Origin: Thecamonas trahens ATCC 50062
Taxonomy: Eukaryota > Protista > Apusomonadida
Direction of reading: 5' to 3'
Assembly (NCBI RefSeq): GCF_000142905.1
Contig: NW_013657627.1
Location: 1-63,924 of the forward strand
Length of the DNA stretch: 63,924 bases
Below the pieces are notes generated by a model, which saw only the letters and a list, made by a program, of their open reading frames with translations, searched no databases and had not been told where the DNA came from. A program made the translations under genes and the position numbers. Each line of letters opens with the position of its first letter. Within the stretch, counting starts at the first letter, position 1. Positions 58,033 to 63,924 of the stretch are shown here, one piece after another.

Positions 58033-58366
58033 GTTCTCGTCCGCGTGTCACGTGTCTTTGCACTCTGCCTCCCCTCAACCCCCTCCCCCTCCCGCCCTCT
58101 GCCTGCCTGCCACGGGCACTCGCCCGCCCGTCCTGACCTGAGCCGATTACGCTCACGAAAAAAAGCAACGTGCGGCATTTTGGGGAGTTTTTTTTTGAAG
58201 GGGGAGGGGGGGAGGGGGGGGGGGGGGGTTGAGTTGCTGTCTTTGTCTGTCTCGGGAGATCGCCATGTGCATGTGCCTTTACGTGAAAGGGACGGGAGGG
58301 TATCGCTTGGGCTAAGATCGGCAAGCTCTGAACAGCTTTGATCTGTTGTCGACGTGCAGATGGCTC

Positions 58367-58614
58367 TGCGTGTGTGAATCAGTTTAATGATGTAGACTAG
58401 AGGGTCCACGGCCAACCGAACGTCGGACGAAGCCCCCGACCGTAGTCAGGGACTCTCCGGGCCCGTCTGGGCGCAGACTTACTCGTGAGCCTCGTCATAC
58501 GCATGAAGCGCTTGGACTTGGGGCCTGGCCTAAAGGCCAGGGCGTGGATCGGACCGGCAAAAGCCGGGCCGAGTAGGAAGATTGGGTAACAGTCGGCCGA
58601 TCTGCACGGGTGCA
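58367..58614. repeat. ~245-bp dispersed repeat, copy 2
   Basis: TGC...GCA termini. High identity to 16682-16924. Confidence 0.85.
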
Positions 58615-58616
58615 TA

Positions 58617-59044
58617 TCAGCTGTCTTGTTGCGCAACAGGCGTCTCCGGGCCATCGCCGGTGGTCACCGAGCACTTGTCATCGGACCAGTACGCAACGGT
58701 GACCAGGTCTGTGGTCGTCGGCGCCACCGTCGTGTCTGAGCACGTTTCCGTCGTCGAGTACAGTCCGCCAGTCGTCCGGCACTGCTGCTCGACCGAGCAC
58801 CCGCTCGAGTACGCGAGATAGACCTCGTCTCCGTTGCACACGTCGGCGTTGTATCCGCGCGTCACCAGATAATTGGCCGAGGCTGTCGCAATAACCATGG
58901 ACATCATGCTGGAGGTGGAAGGAGAGGAGGGAGAGAGGGTACGGGTGAGGGTGAACGGGCGGAGTAGGAGAAGGAGAAGGAGAAAGGGGGGGAGGGGGGC
59001 GGGGGGGCGTACATGGCCATGAGATGAAGCATGTTCGTGCTCAT
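58617..59044 (-). CDS. Small Cys/Thr-rich secreted protein with two exons (intron 58909-59012); possibly truncated
   Basis: GTACGC...pyrimidine tract...CAG intron. The spliced N-terminus MSTNMLHLMAIMMSMVIATASA looks like a signal peptide. Confidence 0.6.
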
Positions 59045-59195
59045 AACGGCGTTGGAGGGTTGAGATGGAGGGAGAGAGGGGCTGGCGAGTGGCGGTTTTT
59101 GCGGAAGAGAGGGCGAGTGCCAGACACGTGTTTTCCGGCCATGGCCACAGAGACTACTGCAGCAGCTGAAGCAGCAGTAGAGAGCAGCGGCAGCG

Positions 59196-59572
59196 CAACA
59201 ACACTGCCCCGTACAGGGGTAGTGCAGGCCGATGGCTACGACATGTCGTGATGAGGAGTGTAGCCATCGGGTTTTTGGTCCTGGCGTGGCCTTTTATCCA
59301 TGGCTGACTCGCAAGCCGCAGAGAGAGAGCTCATGGCAGCCGAAGAGAACGCATGGATGGCTTCATCAGCCAGCCAGCAAGCGAGCAAATGGTGGGAAGC
59401 GATAACTTGATCATCCGTCGGCCTTTCTGAGGGAGAGGGTGGTGCCTTGTGGTAGTCGTCAGATGTCAAGAAACGACCTGTGACTGCGCATTGACCACGG
59501 TAGCACGGCCGCCACAGGCATCTCTGTCTCACCTACAACAACACCGCCCCGTACAGGGGTAGTGCAGGCTAA
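59196..59572 (+). repeat. Two 34-bp direct repeats containing a hairpin (59196-59229 and 59536-59569)
   Basis: CAACAACACYGCCCCGTACAGGGGTAGTGCAGGC occurs twice, 340 bp apart. Confidence 0.85.
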
Positions 59573-60136
59573 TCAAACACTGTAGCCGGATTTCTGTTGG
59601 AATCGGGGTCACCTTTCGTGCACCAGGGGGAGGGATGAAGTCGCCAGATGGCCAACTTTACGCCGCTCCCCTGGGCCATTGCTTCCATGCACAACCTCAA
59701 GCACGCACGCAATGCGCGTGCGCATGCTCCTGTACACGATGTGTGTACAGATTTTGGGATCAGCAACCCCTTGTACCGCGAGGGCAGAGGGGGGATGGGG
59801 GGGGTATGCGAGCGGCGGTCGCTGGCGGCCTGCAAACGTCGGGACGTGCTTGCAACACCCAGCATGGCTGTCCCTGGCTCAATCAAGCTCGGCCCACTCA
59901 TTTCCAGCTCAATCAAGCCCACCAAGCTCGACCCCGGTCAGAGCTCATCATCGATCTCGGCCTCGGTGATTGAGGGAAAGGCTTTCGCTCGTCCGTCGGC
60001 TTCGATGGTCCGCGTCGAGTGTTCGATGGCGAATGGGATCGGATTAGGGTAGAGTCGCTGACGTTTTGCTGGCGTCTCTGGTGTGCTCGCCAATCGTGAT
60101 CATCCACCCGCTCGTTGACTCTAGCCAATGGCGGCC

Positions 60137-60717
60137 GGCGCTTGCCTCGTTGCGCCCGGCCCGGCCCATCATCCTCACGATCCATACTCGCCAGGGCCGG
60201 TCTCGCAGGCGCTTGCCTCGTTGCGCCCGGCCCGGCCCATCATCCTCACGATCCATACTCGCCAGGGCCGGTCTCGCAGGCGCTTGCCTCGTTGCGCCCG
60301 GCCCGGCCCATCATCCTCACGATCCATACTCGCCAGGGCCGGTCTCGCAGGCGCTTGCCTCGTTGCGCCCGGCCCGGCCCATCATCCTCACGATCCATAC
60401 TCGCCAGGGCCGGTCTCGCAGGCGCTTGCCTCGTTGCGCCCGGCCCGGCCCATCATCCTCACGATCCATACTCGCCAGGGCCGGTCTCGCCGGCGCTTGC
60501 CTCGTTGCGCCCGGCCCGGCCCATCATCCTCACGATCCATACTCGCCAGGGCCGGTCTCGCAGGCGCTTGCCTCGTTGCGCCCGGCCCGGCCCATCATCC
60601 TCACGATCCATACTCGCCAGGGCCGGTCTCGCAGGCGCTTGCCTCGTTGCGCCCGGCCCGGCCCATCATCCTCACGATCCATACTCGCCAGGGCCGGTCT
60701 CGCCGGCGCTTGCCTCG
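60137..60717. repeat. 71-bp tandem repeat, ~8.2 near-identical copies
   Basis: CTTGCCTCG at 60141, 60212, 60283 and on to 60709. Confidence 0.97.
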
Positions 60718-60769
60718 CCGGCAGCCATTCATTCCATCTGGAGTGGCCGCACCTGTCTCGTGGGCAGCG

Positions 60770-62050
60770 ATGGACGACGCCGAGGCACTGGTCGACATGC
60801 TCGGCGACTGGATCAAGATCACGTTTGTGTTTACGGCCCCGGCGGAGGTCTCGCCATCGACGGTCCTTCTCGCCGGTGACTTTAACGGGTGGGCGAGCAC
60901 GAGCGATGGGCGTGGGGCGGTGCACCTTGTCCGTGACGCGGACGATGGCGAGGCAGGCGCCAGCACTTGTGGCTCGCGATGGACGACGACGATGCGACTT
61001 GTGGACGGGTACTATCGATACAAGTATGTGGTGGACGGCGAGTACTACGCAGATCCTGCAGCTGGGGCGAGCGAAGCGTACGGGTTCCACAACTCTGTCC
61101 TCCGTGTCGGCCATGGTGGGGTGACGGCGGCTTCCATCAGTTCAGGCGCGGCGCTCGCGTATCCCATTCCACCTGTGCCGCATGCTGCGGCGGACGCCTT
61201 TGTGGTTGTCCGTCCGCACGAGCTCCCGCACGACGCGCTCTCGGCTGCGTATGGCTTTGAGCCGCGGCCGCTCTACGTTTACCTCCCGCCGCAGCTCCGA
61301 GGTGGGCGCGGCGCTGGCGACGACGACGGGGTCGGCTTGCCGGTCCTCTACGTTCTCGACGGGCAGCACGCGTTTGGCAAGCAGGCCAGCCACGGCATGT
61401 TCCTCCACTCTGCGCTCGATGCGCTGTGGGCATCCGGCGAGGTCGAGCCGTTCATCGCGGTCGCCATCCCGGCGCTGGCGCTCAAGCGCAAGCAAGAGTA
61501 CGTCCCGCGGTCGTTTCTGGGGGATGGCGGGGCGGGGAGCGTGGAGAGCGGGCTCGAGGGCCACGATGGGCCGACGCCTTTCCTGCACTTTCTCCTCACG
61601 GTTGTCAAGCCGTACGTGGATGGGCGATGGGCGACGGGGTGCGGGCGGGAGGCGACGGCGCTGCTGGGGGCGTCGTTTGGCGGGTTGACGGCGTTGATGG
61701 CGGCGCTCCACGCACCGCAGACGTTTGGTGCTGTTGCCGGGCTCTCGCCGTCGTTCTGGTTCCTCGATTCGTACGGGGTGTCTGCGGCGACGGCGGCGGC
61801 TGAGGTGTTCGGGGAGGAGGGAGATGGGCCTCGGACGCGGATGTATTTCGGAGTGGGCGGGAAGGACGACGAGCTAGCGCAGCTGTACGAGACGCGCGGC
61901 GTGGTTGACGCACTCATCGGGGCGGGGCTGGCGATCGGCGACGAGGTTGTACTCGCCGAGCACGCCGACGGAGCGCACAATGAGAGCTCGTGGGCGGCGC
62001 ACCTTCCTGCGGCAATTCCGTTCCTCTTTCCGGGCGGCAAGCGGCGGTAG
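60770..62050 (+). CDS. CBM48/AMPK-beta-type glycogen-binding domain fused to an alpha/beta-hydrolase (putative esterase)
   Basis: LAGDFNGW..GYYRYKYVVDG..ADP..NSVL, then PVLYVLDGQ, the GASFGG nucleophile elbow and HNESSW. The start codon is inferred. Confidence 0.85.
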   Translation: MDDAEALVDMLGDWIKITFVFTAPAEVSPSTVLLAGDFNGWASTSDGRGAVHLVRDADDGEAGASTCGSRWTTTMRLVDGYYRYKYVVDGEYYADPAAGASEAYGFHNSVLRVGHGGVTAASISSGAALAYPIPPVPHAAADAFVVVRPHELPHDALSAAYGFEPRPLYVYLPPQLRGGRGAGDDDGVGLPVLYVLDGQHAFGKQASHGMFLHSALDALWASGEVEPFIAVAIPALALKRKQEYVPRSFLGDGGAGSVESGLEGHDGPTPFLHFLLTVVKPYVDGRWATGCGREATALLGASFGGLTALMAALHAPQTFGAVAGLSPSFWFLDSYGVSAATAAAEVFGEEGDGPRTRMYFGVGGKDDELAQLYETRGVVDALIGAGLAIGDEVVLAEHADGAHNESSWAAHLPAAIPFLFPGGKRR

Positions 62051-62091
62051 GGTGGAGAGAGAGTCACGGGTTTAGCGGGAGAGAAAAGCGG

Positions 62092-63885
62092 TTAGGCAAA
62101 GAGCATGGCGAGGGCGGCGAGCAGCGAGGCAGCCATGACGAGGGTAGAGGCGGGGAGGAGGGAGACGGCGGGCGATGGGGTGACGACGGTGGCGGCGTTG
62201 GCGAGAGTGGCGGCGGAGGCGTCGGCACGGATGATTGCTGCGGTGCGCGGGACGGTAGCAATGTTTGCGGCGATTGAGGAGGGGATGGTTGACGGGGCGG
62301 TGGTGCATGTGGCCTCTGTGGTGGAGAGGAGGACGATGGAGTTGCATGAGACCGGGCCGATGGCGACGTACATGTCAGCGGTAAAGCCGGAGCCAGTGAG
62401 GGTGACGCTCTCGCCGCCGGTGAGCTGGATGGAAGTCGGGGCGACGGCGGTGAGGGTGGGGAACGAGGCAGTGGCGCCGCACTGGGCGGTGACCCACTCG
62501 GCAGAGGGGCAGTCCCAGGAGCCTGAGAAGCCGGCGGCGGTGAGGCCGGACTCGCCACCGGCGCAGGAGCCCCAGTTTGCGCCGACCTGGACGACGGCCT
62601 GCGTGGCCGAGGAGCAGCCTGAGCGGTAGCAGCGAATGTTTTCCTCGCCGGCGGCGAGGCCGATGGAGGAGTCGATGCACACCGAGTCGCGCGAGAAGAC
62701 CTGGGCGAAGAACGGGTCGTTGTTGGCGTCGATGTTGGCGGTGTTTGAGCAGACGCCGTTTGAGAACTCGATGACCATGGGGCAAAAGTCAGCGAGCGAG
62801 TCTGCGCCGCCGAGGTTGGGGTTTGAAAAGTACTGCATGTCTGCGGCGGGGCCGCCGGAGGAGTACTCGACGAGCTGGCACTGCGAGCGAGCGGAGCGAT
62901 CAAAGTTGCAGGAGCGGACCTTGTCTGTGGAGCAAATGTAGTTTGCGGGCCAGGAGCCGGCGACGCACTTGTTGTCGATGAAGGAGCAGCCCTTGCCCTT
63001 GCCAAAGGAGAACTTTTGGGCGGCGTCGAAGTTTGCGGTGTACCAGCCCGAGTCCTGCAGGAGGGCGAGGGTGATGCGCGAGACGCGCGGGTCAGCGGAG
63101 GATGTGCCGGTCATGAGCTCGTTCCAAAAGACGCGCTTCTCCCAGTGTGAGCGAGCGGTGCCTAAGCCACCCTGCTGCTCGAGCGGGACGCCGGCGAGGG
63201 AGTTGCAGCCAAAGTGAGCGCGGGCCTCTGCGAGTGCGGCGGTGGTGTTGATGGCGTCGTAAGAGTAGGAGTTTGTGGAGCCGACGGTGACGGTGGCGCC
63301 GATGACCTGGGCCTCTGGGCGTGTGGTGTTTGTGGCGAGGTCGAGGAACTTGGCAAAGCCGGTCTTGCCGGTGGCTGTGAAGCCGAGGCCGTGGACGAGC
63401 TCATGGATGGCGGTGCCGAGCTCTGACGGGTCGACCGGGGTCTGCGGCTTGAGGTTCGAGGGGCCAAAGTTGATGTTGGCGACGATGGGGCGGTTGTACT
63501 GGTCGACCTTGCAGGCGCCGGCAAAGGCGAGCAGAGTGCCTGCGGTGGGGCGGGCGGAGACCATGAGGATGATGTCGGCGGCGACGCCTGCGCCCGAGTC
63601 GAGGTACTGCGGCGGGATGGTGAGCGGGTCGCGGATGGTGCACTCGTTGTCGGAGCCGACGCGCAGGTTGCCCGAGACAGAGATGACATCGAGGGCCGAA
63701 GTGAGGTAGGCGGTAGCGGCCGGGATGAGGGTGTCACGGATGTGAGCCTTTTTGGAGTCGGTCAGGACGTTGTCTGCGGTGCAGGCGATGTTGCAGTTGT
63801 CCTGGCCTCCGGTCTGACACATGGTGGTTGACGACGACGGCGAGCCGACCTCGACCGAACCGGATGCTACGTTTGTGCGGTTGCG
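62092..63885 (-). CDS. Leishmanolysin/GP63-like M8 metallopeptidase with an IPT/TIG-like domain and hydrophobic (GPI-type) C-terminus; 5' exon(s) outside the window
   Basis: HELVHGLGF, SHWEKR, NELMTG, LALLQDSGWY, a Cys-rich region and P..GGESVTLTGSGF. CTGAC..TAG acceptor before 63885. Confidence 0.9.
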   Translation of the reverse strand, partial: RNRTNVASGSVEVGSPSSSTTMCQTGGQDNCNIACTADNVLTDSKKAHIRDTLIPAATAYLTSALDVISVSGNLRVGSDNECTIRDPLTIPPQYLDSGAGVAADIILMVSARPTAGTLLAFAGACKVDQYNRPIVANINFGPSNLKPQTPVDPSELGTAIHELVHGLGFTATGKTGFAKFLDLATNTTRPEAQVIGATVTVGSTNSYSYDAINTTAALAEARAHFGCNSLAGVPLEQQGGLGTARSHWEKRVFWNELMTGTSSADPRVSRITLALLQDSGWYTANFDAAQKFSFGKGKGCSFIDNKCVAGSWPANYICSTDKVRSCNFDRSARSQCQLVEYSSGGPAADMQYFSNPNLGGADSLADFCPMVIEFSNGVCSNTANIDANNDPFFAQVFSRDSVCIDSSIGLAAGEENIRCYRSGCSSATQAVVQVGANWGSCAGGESGLTAAGFSGSWDCPSAEWVTAQCGATASFPTLTAVAPTSIQLTGGESVTLTGSGFTADMYVAIGPVSCNSIVLLSTTEATCTTAPSTIPSSIAANIATVPRTAAIIRADASAATLANAATVVTPSPAVSLLPASTLVMAASLLAALAMLFA

Positions 63886-63924
63886 CTACCTGTCAGTTTC
63901 AGCCGGGGAGGGGTGGGGGGGGAG

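Noticed and set aside
58378-58455. Motif order TTAATGA..GAGGGTCC..AAGCCCC..GGG reminiscent of a twister ribozyme core
   Set aside because: It would need a ~22-nt insertion in the conserved loop, and the GC for the second pseudoknot is missing. Not supportable without a covariance-model hit.
60137-60717. Regular array considered as CRISPR
   Set aside because: Units are essentially identical along their whole length, with no unique spacers.

Overview
GC-rich, intron-poor eukaryotic DNA with three N gaps. The gene style suggests a protist, possibly an apusomonad such as Thecamonas (inference only). Host genes form three blocks. At 0.6-10.4 kb: an orphan repeat-domain protein, POLD2, a SCY1-like pseudokinase and an FAD oxidoreductase. 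At 45.7-49.7 kb: an AtuA/DUF1446 protein and ATG13. At 58.6-63.9 kb: a small secreted protein, a CBM48-esterase and a leishmanolysin/GP63-like protease. The 10.7-45 kb region is a nested transposon cluster containing two degenerate tyrosine-recombinase (DIRS/PAT-like) retroelements, hAT and PIF/Harbinger remnants, a MITE, a young chromodomain Gypsy, a decayed Gypsy and three copies of a 162-bp LTR-like unit. It also holds a mosaic 23-aa LRR array and an F-box-like gene with an unrecognised 45-aa repeat. A Helitron2/Helentron-type Rep-helicase lies at 50-57.6 kb, and its HUH motif is split exactly by an antisense 1.1-kb coiled-coil gene fragment. Four housekeeping genes each carry a 1-nt deletion in a C run, most likely assembly errors. 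I cannot demonstrate a complete new system. The best leads are the Helitron active-site insertion, the shuffled LRR and 45-aa repeat genes, the six-copy orphan domain, and a dispersed ~245-bp structured repeat.
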